A stretch of DNA of 64,000 nucleotides from Lama glama (Eukaryota): the NCBI GenBank assembly GCA_028534125.1, contig CM052816.1:68822001-68886000 (forward strand), given 5' to 3'. The position numbers and the translations under genes are program-made. Of the stretch, positions 1 to 11,600 are shown piece by piece. Each line of letters opens with the position of its first letter. The stretch's first letter is position 1. The notes under the pieces are model-generated. The model saw only the letters and a list, made by a program, of their open reading frames with translations. It ran no database searches and was not told the DNA's origin.

Positions 1-1035
1 CCATAATTCTAAATGGAAGAGCTAACACTAGAAACTTCAAGAAGAACATGAGAAAACATCTGTGATATTGGGATAGGCAAAAATACCTTAAGTACAGATA
101 TCAAAAGCATGATCAATCCATAAAAGAAAAAAAACAGAGAAGTTGAACATCAAAATTAAAATCTTTTGCTCTAAAAAAAGATACCATTAAGATAGTTTAA
201 AGAATTCTTTATGATGCAGTAAGACCAACAACCCAATTTAAATAATAAGCAAAAGACTGAAAGATATTTCACTTAAGACATACAAATGGCTGATAAACAC
301 ATGAAATAATAACAGTTAGTCATGAGAGAAATGTAAAATCACTATATGACATTACTATATAGCCACTAAAATAGGTATAATCAAAAAAGATAAAGCCAAG
401 AGTCGGTAATGACATAGAAAAACAGGCGTCCTCACAACAGTAATGGTAGGAATACAAAATGGTACAGCCACTTTGGAAAACGGTGTGGCAGTTTCCTGAA
501 GAGTTAAATACATATTCTGCCATAAAATCCAGCAACTACATCCCTAGGTATGCACCTAAGAGAAATGAAAACATGTCCACACAAAGATTTATACATGAAT
601 GTTTATATCAGAATTACTCATGATGTCCAAAAATACAAAACAATTCAAATGTCTATCAACTAAGTAAGTGTCATGTATCCATAAAATATACTACTTATCA
701 ACAAAAAAAAGACTACTGACAATGTGAATGAACCTCAAAAATACTATACAAAATGGAAAAAAAAGACAGAAAAGATTCCATATTACATGATTTCATTTAT
801 ATAAAATATCTAAAAAAGGCAAAACTAGACAGACAAAGCTGATCAGTGTTTGCCTAGGGTTGGAGGTATGGGTAGGTTGAACGCAAACACAAAAAACTGT
901 ATATATGGAAGTCTAAAACTGGGGAGGGTTGCACAACTGTACAAATTAATTAAAACTCACCAAACTATACACTTATAATGTGTGAATTTAATAGTATGTA
1001 AATTATATATAAAATAATAAAGCTATTTTAAAAAG
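1..1035 (+). mobile_element. Ancient L1 fragment (end of ORF2 and 3' UTR)
   Basis: aaatggtacagccactttggaaaa...gcagtttc and other typical L1M 3' motifs. Confidence 0.8.
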
Positions 1036-1274
1036 CTTTATATAGAATAAAAAAACCAACAACACCAAGAAAACTACTCACATAGATAAACAATCTGCTA
1101 CCAATGTTAAACCTACCACCAGATTTATAAATGTTATACTTGCTACAGTTATCAGCTAAAGTTGGAATTCACCTTAAATCCCTGAATTCCTAGAGGAAAT
1201 CTCTGAGAGCCGTGAACTACTCCCTGAAATGATAAAATCTGGTATGTATATACAAATACACACCACATCAGATT

Positions 1275-1890
1275 TATTTTCTTTACTGAGGTGAAATTCA
1301 TACAATATAAAATTAACCATTTTAAAGTGTACGATTCAGTAGAATTTTATTCACTATGTTGTGCAACGACTACCTCTACCTGGTTCTGAAACATAATTCT
1401 CATCCTCTCAAAAACCCCATTCCCATTAAGCAGTTACTTTTTGTTCCCCTCCTCTCAACATTCCCTGGCATCCACCAATCTGTTTTCTGTCTCTAAGGGA
1501 TTTATCCAACTGGGATAGTTCACATAAATGAGATCACATGGGCTATTTCACACAAATGGCATCATACAATGTGACCTATCGGGTCTGGCTTTTACTCAGC
1601 ATAAAGTTTCATCCAAATTGTAGCATGTATCAGTATTTCATTGCTTTAATGGCTGAATAATATTTCACTGTACAGACAGGCACTGTACAAATTATTTATC
1701 CACTAAGCCACTGATGGACTTTTGGGTTGTTCCTACTTTTCCACTACTCTGAATAAGTGCTGCTATGAACATGCATGTACAAGTATCTGTGTATCTGTTT
1801 TCAATTCTTTGGAGTATATACCTAGAGTGGAATTGCTGAGTCATATAGTAATTCTGTTTAACTTTTTAAGTATCAGACTGTTTTCCATAG
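1275..1890 (-). mobile_element. L1 3' end fragment (L1M-type)
   Basis: aaaattaaccattttaaagtgtac...ggagtatatacctagagtggaattgctg, reverse-oriented L1 3' UTR. Confidence 0.8.
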
Positions 1891-2729
1891 GAGCCTTCAC
1901 CAGATTTTCAAAAGTATCTATAACCCTGGTAAATTTCTTAAATTTCTCTTAATGGTTTCTTAACCCAGAGTATCAGAGCAGATGTCAGCATATATATGAA
2001 AACTTCATGTACCGAAAATCTCCCTGTTTTTGTAGGAAAAAGAAGTTATATTAATGCCCAGAATTCTAACAACTATGTATGCTGGCTTTAAATGGATAAT
2101 GCACCAAACATAATGTACACTTTTCTAAGTGAGATAAAATAAATGAACACTTTTAAAAGCAGTCAAACCTCTTTTATATTTGTGCCTTAGAAGGAAACTA
2201 GTTTCTGACTTCAGCACCTTCTGAAAAGAGGTGGATCAGTAAAAAATTAGATCTACTCCATCGGATAAAACTAGGGCAGTACAGGACCACAATATGTCTG
2301 AAGCTGGGAAACAGATGAAGACTATTGGCAATTGGCTGATACCATTAGAATGATAATCTAAGATCCAAAGCTTCACTCCTCGAACCTCGCTGCAAAGAGG
2401 AAAATTCTGAGTTACACCTAAGCCAAGGTCTGGAAGGACTAATATACAGCAACCAGACAGGCCCGCTACTCCAAAGAACAAGATTCCACAACTCATTAAA
2501 TATTCCACCATTATGCCAAAGTAAAGGTAATGATAAACGGTGAGTTGTGCTATTTTTATCTATTTTTTTTCTCTACGATCTTCTTTACTCTTTAGGTGAT
2601 CACTGTTAAGAGTACCTAATACAGCTGCTCAACAGGCAAGCTATAATTTTTATGGCCTCAGTGAGGCCATAACTGAGAAATAAAATGCAACAAATTATTA
2701 AAAGTTAACCTAACTTAAACTGATTTTTA

Positions 2730-3620
2730 AAAAGGTGCCAAAACTGAGGGGAAGAAACAGCCTTTAAATAAATGGTTCTGAGACAACAGGATATCCACAT
2801 GCGAAAACAATGAAGTTGGACCCTTACCTTACAGATTATATAAAAAATAAAGCAAAATGAATCAAAGACTTAATATAACCGCTAAAATAACAAAAATCTT
2901 AGAAGAAAATATAGTTGTAAATCTTTGTGACCTTGGATTAGGTAATGGTTTCTTAAAGATGACACAAGCAACGAAAGAAACAGATGAATTGCACTTCGTC
3001 AAATTAAAGACGCTTGTATCTCACAGGACTCTCTCAAAGTGAAAAGATAACCTACAGAAGGGGAAAACATGTTTGCAAATCATATATCTGACAAGGGGCC
3101 AGTATCAGAATACAAAAGAACTATCACAATCCAACAAGACAATCAACCCAATGAATAAGCAGACAATGGACTTAAGCAGTCATTCCTCCAAAAACATACA
3201 AATAGCCAACAAGTATATGAAAAACTGCTCAATATCTTTAGTCATTAATGAAATGCAAATCAAAACCACAATGAGGTATCACCTCACACCTGACAGGATG
3301 GCCATTATCAAAAAGGCAAGAAATAACATGTGTTGGCAAGGATATGGAGAAAAGAGAACCAATGGGCACTGTTGGTAGGAAAGCAAATTGGTGCAGCCAA
3401 TATGGAATACAGTATGGAGATTCCTCAAAAAGTTAAAAACAGAAATACTATACGGCCCAGTAATCCCACTCCTGGGTATTTATCCTATGAAAACAGAAAC
3501 ACTAAATTAAAAAAAAATGTGCATCCCTATGTTCACTGCAACATTATTTACACTGGCCAATATATGGAAGCAACCCAAGTGCCCATCAATAGATGAGTGG
3601 ATAAAGATGTGGTAGGTACG

Positions 3621-3666
<46 letters not shown>

Positions 3667-4580
3667 GGAATATTACTCAGCCATAACCATAAAAAGCCAT
3701 AAGCAGAGAATGAAATCTTGCCATGTGAAATATATATGGACCTAAAGGGTATTGTGCTATGTGAAATAAGTCAGCCACAGAAAGACAAATACTGTATAAT
3801 TTCCCCATATATGTGGAATCTTAAAAATAAATGAACAAACATAACAAAAAAGAAATAGAGTCATAGATACAGGTAACAAATAGGTGGTTACCAGAAGGGA
3901 GGGTAGTGAGAGGAGGAAAAGAAACAAGTGAGGGAGATTAAAAAGTACAAACTTTCAGTTGCAAAATAAATCAATCATGGGTATGAAATATATAGTGTGG
4001 GGAGTATAGTCTAGTAACTATGTAATATCTTTTTGTGGTGACGTATCATAACTGGACTTACTGTGGTGACCATTTTGAAATGCACAGAAATATCAAATCA
4101 CTATGTTGTGTACCAGGAATTAACATATGTTGTAGGTCAATTATACTTCAAAAACAAATTTATAGAAAAAGAGATCAGATCTGTGGTTATCAGAGGCAGG
4201 GGGTGGGGGATAGTGGAATTGGATGAAGACAGTCAAAAAGTAGGAACTCCAGTTATAAGGTAAGTAAGTACTGGGGATGTAATGTATAACATGACAAATA
4301 TAATTAACACTGCTATAGGTTATATATGAAAGCTGTTAAGGAAATAAATCCTAAGAATTCTCATAACAAGAAAAAATAATTTTCTATTTCTTTAATTCTG
4401 TATCTGTATGAAATGATGGATGTTCACCAAACTTATTGTGATAATCAATAGATGAATGGATAAAGATGAATGATGCACGCAAATCCACTATGCTGTATAC
4501 CTTAAACAGTGCTGTACATTAAGTACACCTCAACAAAACAGGAAGAAAAAATAATTTAAAAATAATAAAATAAAACTCCA
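2730..4580 (+). mobile_element. L1 ORF2 C-terminus and 3' UTR (composite fragments)
   Basis: Translation [22 protein letters not shown] is typical of L1 ORF2; 3' UTR ends in an A-rich tail near 4560. Confidence 0.88.
3625..3664 (+). repeat. (CA)20 microsatellite within L1
   Basis: Read directly. Confidence 0.97.
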
Positions 4581-4819
4581 GATTATCAGAAATCAGAAAC
4601 AATGCACACAAGAAACAGTTTTACTAATATCCACAGACCCTTAATCTTGCTTAGAAATATTAACATTATGTTTTTTCTTTCTGGATTTCTTTGCAGAAAC
4701 CTAATTTGTTCACCTTGAAGAATGTTTTGTATTATTCTGACTAACTTCTATTAGGCTAAAAATCCACGTTAAAAAAATGTTTTTGTTGTTAAAAAAAATT
4801 GTACAATAAATTCATTATG

Positions 4820-5580
4820 TAACCAGCTTTAAAAAAAAGGTAATAACAAGTGTTAGGATACGAAAAAATTGAAAACGTCACACAATGCTGATGGGAATAT
4901 AAAATGATAAGGCTGCTGTGGAAAGCAGTTTGGTGGCTCTTCAAAAAGTTACACATAGAATTAAACATCATCCAGTAACTACTCTTAGGTACTCAAAAGA
5001 AATAAAAACATGTTTTCAAACAAAAACTTGTACATTTCCAACAGCATCATTCATAATAGGCAAAAAATTGGAAACACTCATCCCTGCCATAAATTGACAA
5101 ATGGATAAACAAAATGTGATATACCTATACAACACAACATTAATCAATCATAAAAAGAAATTCAGGGGGTAGGGTATAGCTCAAGTGGTAGAGCGCATGC
5201 TTAGCACACACAAGGTCCTGGGTTCAATCCCCAGTGCCGCCTCTAAAAATAAATAAATAATTAAACCTAACTACCTCTCCCCCTAAATAACAATAATAAA
5301 TAAAATTAAAAAAAAAAATCAGCTCTAATAGATGCTACAACATGGATGAACCTTAAAAAACATGCTTAGTGAAATGAGACAGAAAGAAGAGGTCAAATAT
5401 TGTCTGATTTAATTTATATGAAATGCCCAGAGAAAGGAAATTGATACAAACAGAAAGCGATTGGTGGATGAAAAGAACTGGGGTTAAGGGAATGGGGAAT
5501 GACTGTTTAATGGGTACAGGGTTTCTTTTGGCCACAGTGAAGATGCTTGGGAACTAGATAGTGGTGACAGCTGCATACGT
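4820..5580 (+). mobile_element. Old L1 3' fragment split by a SINE
   Basis: gctgatgggaatataaaatg...catggatgaacctt...gaactagatagtggtgac. Confidence 0.75.
5165..5318 (+). mobile_element. tRNA-Ala-derived SINE (camelid vic-1-like), inserted in an old L1
   Basis: A box tagctcaagtgg, TTAGCA loop, B box ggttcaatcc, aaacctaactacctc tail, poly-A, degenerate TSD ending tcag. Confidence 0.88.
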
Positions 5581-5669
5581 CAAGAAAAAAAGTTAACCCA
5601 CAAAGTCAATCTACCAACAGACTGCAAAATCCCATCCATGTTAAAGAGCACAATCCACTTTCAGAATGG

Positions 5670-5836
5670 CCCAGATCCTCTCAAATTTTAATGGACATAT
5701 GCATCACCAGGTAATCTTGTTAAAATAGATTATGTATGATTCAGTTGTTCACTGGGGTGGGGCCTAAGATTCTGCCTAACAAGTTCCGAGGTAATACTCA
5801 TATATCTGGTCCAGGACAATATTTTGAGTAGCAAGA
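5670..5836. mobile_element. MER5A-like hAT-Charlie MITE
   Basis: atcttgttaaaat...gattcag...ggggtggggcctaagattctgc...tttgagtagcaag. Confidence 0.7.
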
Positions 5837-5989
5837 CTCCAGAAACATGGTTTTTAAATACATTTTAGAAGAAAAGACATCAAAAAATTTAAAACAGAGA
5901 TAATATGCATATTTATTTACAAATTAGATATGTGAACTACTGTACTGATACAGAACACACATTAATAATAATGTGGAAAACATCCACTT

Positions 5990-8500
5990 ATATCCAAGAG
6001 GTAGTAACAGGGACTGGCTTTACCTATCCACCTGAAATAACTATAAAATAGAACAAAATACACGAAACAATGATTTCAGACACAGGATACAAGCATAGTA
6101 ATCCCTGAGAAGGGCGAAGCAAATAAGGCAATCCCAGATTATTGTCCATAGAGTTTCCAAGCCACAGTTCCAGGAGGTGGACCCTAGATGTTTCTCTAAG
6201 TTAAGGAGACAGAGGTGGGAGTCTGGGGAGGCCAAGGCAGCTAGACTGCAATGCAAAATAACCAGACAGGAGAGAGCTGGACAGAGGAAGAGCTCTGAAT
6301 ATCTGTCGAGCATTTCCATGACTTCAAGTAAGTAATAATCAATGAATAAATGTTAGGAAACTACCTGAGGCCAGGGGAAAGAAAACCAATTAAATGGAGC
6401 AGAGCTGAAAATGAGCAAATCTTACACAGGGCTGGAAGTAATTCCGGTTCCCACCAGCCACAGTGGAAAAACTCATAATTCACAAGATATGGACTAGGAT
6501 ATCAACAAGCATATTAATTAAACAGTGGGGAAAATTAGCCAACTAAATACTGCATTTAATCATCATAAAAGCAACCCTTGAAAGGACTGTATTTTTTCCC
6601 CCAAGTAACAATATTCCAGAACAAAGCTCAAGAGTATTAAGACAAATGAAAAACATTCATCACCCAAGAAGGTAAAATTCACAATATGTTGGCAAGTAAT
6701 TAAAAAAAAAAACCAGACAAACAAAGGAGGAGGAAAATACACCTTACAATAAGGAGTAAGAAAATAGATAAATAAAAATATATCCAAAAATGAGACAGAA
6801 GATAGAATTAAGTAAACAAAGACACTGAAAGCTACTACTTTAGTGTAACTATATTCTATATATTCAAGAAGGTTGAAGATTAAACAGTATATTAATAAAC
6901 ATGGAAAATATTAAAAGACCCAAATCAAACTTTGAGAGATAAAAAATTCAAATCTGAGATGAAATACACTGGACAAGATTAAAAGTGGATTAAACACTGC
7001 AGAAAAAAAGATGAATAAACTTAAAGTCTTTTAAGAAATGAAATACAGAGAATAATCACCAAAATGAAACACAGAGAATCACCACCAAAAAATAAATAAT
7101 TAGAGTAGGCTGTGAAACAACTTAAAGTGGCAGGTTTTAGTAAAACTGAAGTCCCCAAAGTACTAGAAGAGGGAATATCTGAAGTAAAAGGGGCTGAAAT
7201 TTTTTCAGTTTGATAAAAACTAATAAACCTATGAAACTGAGAAGCCCAACAAACTCCAGCATAAGAAACATGAAAAGAACTATGTAAAGTCACATCATAA
7301 CTAAACAGCCAAAAGTCAGTGATAAAATTAAAAATGGCCAAACATCCCATCAAAGCAGTATGCAAAGAAGCAGGAAAATACTAACTTACAATGAAAGGAA
7401 AAGTCAATTAATTAAAACAGATGAGGAAAAAACACAGATGAAAGAAGTAGTTACAAGAACATTTAAAACGTTTTTAAACTGTATTCTATATGTTCAAGAA
7501 GGTGGAGGAAAGTTAAGTAGACACATAGAAAACATTAAATACACCCACATACAAATGAGCTTCTAGCAAAGAAAACTATAATGTCTGAGATGAAAAATGC
7601 ACTGAATGGAATTAATGACAAATTAGGTAATGCAGAAGCAAAGATTAATGAACCTGAAGATACGGCATTAGGAAACACCTGAGATGAAATATACAAAAAA
7701 TGAACATAGCCTCAGTGAATCATGATACAATTTTAAATAAAAATATGGCTCAAACATAACATTAAAACATATCAAATTATATCAAAAACATTTCCCAAAC
7801 ATATCAAATCAAACATAATAAAATTTGTAATACAACTATAGCAATATTAAAGGGAAATTTACAGCACTAAATAACTGTATTAGAAAACGAAAGGTCTCAA
7901 ATCAATGACCTCATCTTTCTGCATTTAAAAAACTAGAAAAAGAGCAAACGAAGCCCAAAGTAGAAGGAAATAGTCTAAATTTACTTACAGAAAAAAAAAG
8001 AAAAAATACAATCTTTTAGAATAAGATAAGAAACAGTTATTTTAAAATGTCATTTTGAACTATACAGGAAGAGAGTAAGAAGGAACAGAGGAAAAATACA
8101 AAACAGTCAGAAAACAATTAAAATGGCAGTAAGTACACATCTATCAACAATAAAATGTAAAGGGACTAAATTCTCCAATCAAAAGACATAGAGTGGCTGA
8201 ATGGATTAAAAAAACAAGACCTAGCTATATGGTGCCTACAAGAGGCTCACTCTAAAGGACACACAGAATGAAAGTAAAGGGATAGAAAAGGACATTCCAC
8301 CCAAATGGAAACTAAAATAAAGCAGTGGTAGATACATTTACATATAAACAAAACAGACTTTAAAACAAAGACTGTAACAAGAGACAAAGAAGGGCATCAC
8401 ATAATGATAAAGGGGTCAGTCCAATAAGAGGATATAACATCTGTAAATATTTATGCACCCAACATAGGAGCACCCAAATGTATAAAGCAAGTATTAACAG
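5990..8500 (+). mobile_element. L1 5' UTR/ORF1 relics (two ORF1-like fragments near 6780 and 7410) then an ORF2 endonuclease fragment (about 8060-8500)
   Basis: ctaaattctccaatcaaaagacatagagtggctgaatgg (LNSPIKRHRVAEW) and aatatttatgcacccaac (NIYAPN). Confidence 0.8.
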
Positions 8501-8534
8501 TCGTAAAATTTCATTTAACAAGAAAGCTACTTAC

Positions 8535-8647
8535 TCAGCGCATACAGTTTTTCCTGCTGATGTATGTGCAGATACTAAAACAGACTGATTATTATCAACA
8601 CACTGAATGGCTTCTCTTTGAAAAGCATCAAGAATGAATGGGTATTC
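8535..8647 (-). CDS. MTREX: MTREX exon 5 (Q motif and motif I)
   Basis: tttatag acceptor; [38 protein letters not shown]; donor GA|gtaagt. Confidence 0.96.
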
Positions 8648-11600
8648 CTATAAAAACAAAATAATATCTGCATGAAGATACCTAGCCAGATCAGATCACA
8701 CTTAAAATCAAGAGATACTATCCCTAGAAGCATTCTGGGAGCATTTCTTTATGAGTCTATTTAGGAAATACGCTACCCACTAACAAAAATTAGGAAGATT
8801 AAAAAAAAAATCTTTAACCAGACAGCATAAGTTATTTCTGCAGTCTAATCTTTCAATCATTATATTAGGCTTACATATATATATCATATTTATTACAACA
8901 CAATAATCATTACCATTTATCAAGAATATGCTTTATGGTAATCACTGTGCAACACATTTCCAACATATTATTATTAATCTTCACAGCAACCCCTAATGTA
9001 GGTATTATTTTAGGTATTATTTCCTTTCACAGATGGAAACTCTAAGGCTCTGAAAAGTCAACTCCTCAAAGAAGTTCACTCAGCAGAGGCAGAATAATAC
9101 ATCTATTAGACTTTAAGAGCTCATGCTTACTCTATCATACTGACTTTTTTACTTAGAGAAAATGACTTGAAACATTTATATTAATCATTTACGGTCTGTC
9201 AGGGCCTCAAAATCCACCTAAGTTTAAGTTTCATCAGACGCTTTAAGCTAAACTACAAAAACTATGTGCAAAACTTATTGTACACATGCATTTTTTTTTG
9301 TAGAGAAAGACTGATAATTTTCATTAGATTCTTTAGAAAGGTTGAGAATCATTTTAATTTTTAAAAATCTTATATGATGCTTGGTTTTCAGCATGGTAAG
9401 TTTATTAATTTGGTTCTCACCATATTTGATTACAGGTGGCTTCTTCTTAGTACATATACATTGAGAAAGTATAAAAATCTCATTTGAAGGAGTTAAAGAT
9501 TTTTAAGGAAAAGAGACTCAAAAAACTGTACAAACTGTACTGCCTCAAATACAGACCTTTGCAGCTTTTCCAACTCGAGGTTTAAGTGGTAGATAATCTT
9601 CATCTGCAGGAAGAGCAACCTGATGTTTAAAAAAAAAAATCTATTTACTATTTGAGAATTGATGCATCCAGCATTCCATAATTAATGATGATTTAAAAAA
9701 TAGAAGTGATAAACTAGAGTGTTTCAGACAGTCTTACAGTCTAGACACTGTAAAAATAAATAACTACATTTAGAAACAAAGCAAAATGCAAAAAGCCAGA
9801 ACATTCAAAAAACTTCTACTAGCGTTTATCTAATAGTAACATAATTAAACCTTTTAACACTACCTCCCTGTATAGATTGTTTATTGAGGTTTAGGACTTA
9901 TCTCAGCTATCTTTGTATTTTCTACATCTAATATATTACTTGATATTAATAAGTGCTCAAAAAAGCTGAATGAACATAAAAAGGGATGTCACTATATGAA
10001 AGAAAACTATATGGAATAAAATGATACTCTTATTTCCTGGAACAGGAAACTAATTTTTCTCTAGTGAAGATTAACAACTAGAGAGCAATTCACAATATAT
10101 CTAAATTTCTAAGACTTAAGCCAGTTAGTATATAAATAATGAACAGAGGCAAAGTAAAGTACACACAGAAATTAGAAATAATTTTTAAGAGCAAAACTTC
10201 AGCAAACAAAAATGAGATAAGATTAGCTGTTTTGGGGGAAAGTGTAGCTCAAGTGGCAGAGCTCATACTTTGCATACGCGAGGTCCTGGGTTCAATACCC
10301 AGTATCTCCTCCAATAATACCTAATTTACTACCTAAAAACACCTAAATACCTAAAATACTAACTACCTCCCCCTAAAAAAAAAACCAACAACAACAAGAA
10401 CAACAAGATTAGCTGTCTTAGAAATAATGAAAGACTTCAGTAAATTTGCAATTCATTTACAATCAAGATGATGCCCTTAAGGAGTCAGACAAATAGAAAA
10501 CCAGCAGAGTAACAGAGTCAAACAGACTTAGCAATTAGTTACTGGTGATTTTTGCCAGAGCAGTTTGACAGAAATGGAGAGAGAAGAAATCTAATTGTGG
10601 TAGGTTAAAAGATGAATGGAAAGTTAGCAGGGATGTTCCAAGCAGAGCACTCAATATCAACTCTGAAAAGAAAGAGACCATATCTTTTCTGTTTATCTCT
10701 TTATACTCAGTGAATAATAAAATGTACCTGGCACCCAAAAGATACATGCTGAATGAATGATTACAATGAGGAGGAAGAAAAACAATACAGTGGCTAAAAA
10801 GCAACCTACAAAAAGAGAAACTTTTGAATATGCATATGTTAGGAAAGGGCAAACAGAGAAAAGGAGACACTAGAAACACTTAAGGGAAAGTGGAATGATC
10901 CAAGTCTTGTGTAGGCAGGATAAGATACAACCAAGAACAGTGACAGAGAAACCGTCCTTAGCCTAAACAAGGCAGAACCTTTTCCTCTGAGTGGATGTAA
11001 CTCCAACTTGATATCCTCAAACCTCTAGATGAAGTAAAAGATAAAGTTACTTGCTAAAAAAGTGAGAGGAGATAACAGAATGGAGGGCTTGAGGATAATC
11101 ATGAAGGAAGACAGAACTTTTGACCTCTTGAGAGCAAAATTGGGTGTTTGGGGGTTTTTTTGCCATCATTTTAAGACAACAGCATCAAATAGGGTCTAAT
11201 ATAAGCATTAAATGATCACATGGATATTATACTTGCCAAACTAAGTGCTATTCTAAAGGAAGATAAAGAACTTTCAAGCAGAAAAAGTTATTTTTAAAAA
11301 TAAGGTTCCAGACACTGTGAACTCATCCACAGAACAGAAATAAACAGACATAGTAAACAATCTTATGGTTACTGAGGAAAGGGAGTGGGAAGGGATAAAT
11401 TTGGGATATGCACATGTTAGCTACTATATATAAAAATAGATTTTAAAAAAGTTTCTTCTGTATAGCACAGAGAACTATATTCAATATCTTGTAATAACCT
11501 TTAAAGAAAAAGAATATGAAAACAAATATATGTATGTATATGTATGACTGGAACATTGTGCTATACACCAGAAATTGACACACTGTAACTGACTGTACTT

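Noticed and set aside
2236..2511. 91-aa minus-strand ORF as MTREX exon 6 or a new gene
   Set aside because: No resemblance to the expected MTR4 continuation (YAIALAL...TSPIKALSNQK) or to any protein I recognise
3073..3596. ORFs of 101 and 88 aa (also 18752-19230 and 58981-59334)
   Set aside because: Frameshifted L1 ORF2 and 3' UTR remnants, not host genes
5165..5245. tRNA-Ala-like sequences here and at 10234, 39168, 44953 and 63028 as tRNA genes
   Set aside because: Mismatched stems, A-rich tails and TSDs mark them as SINEs
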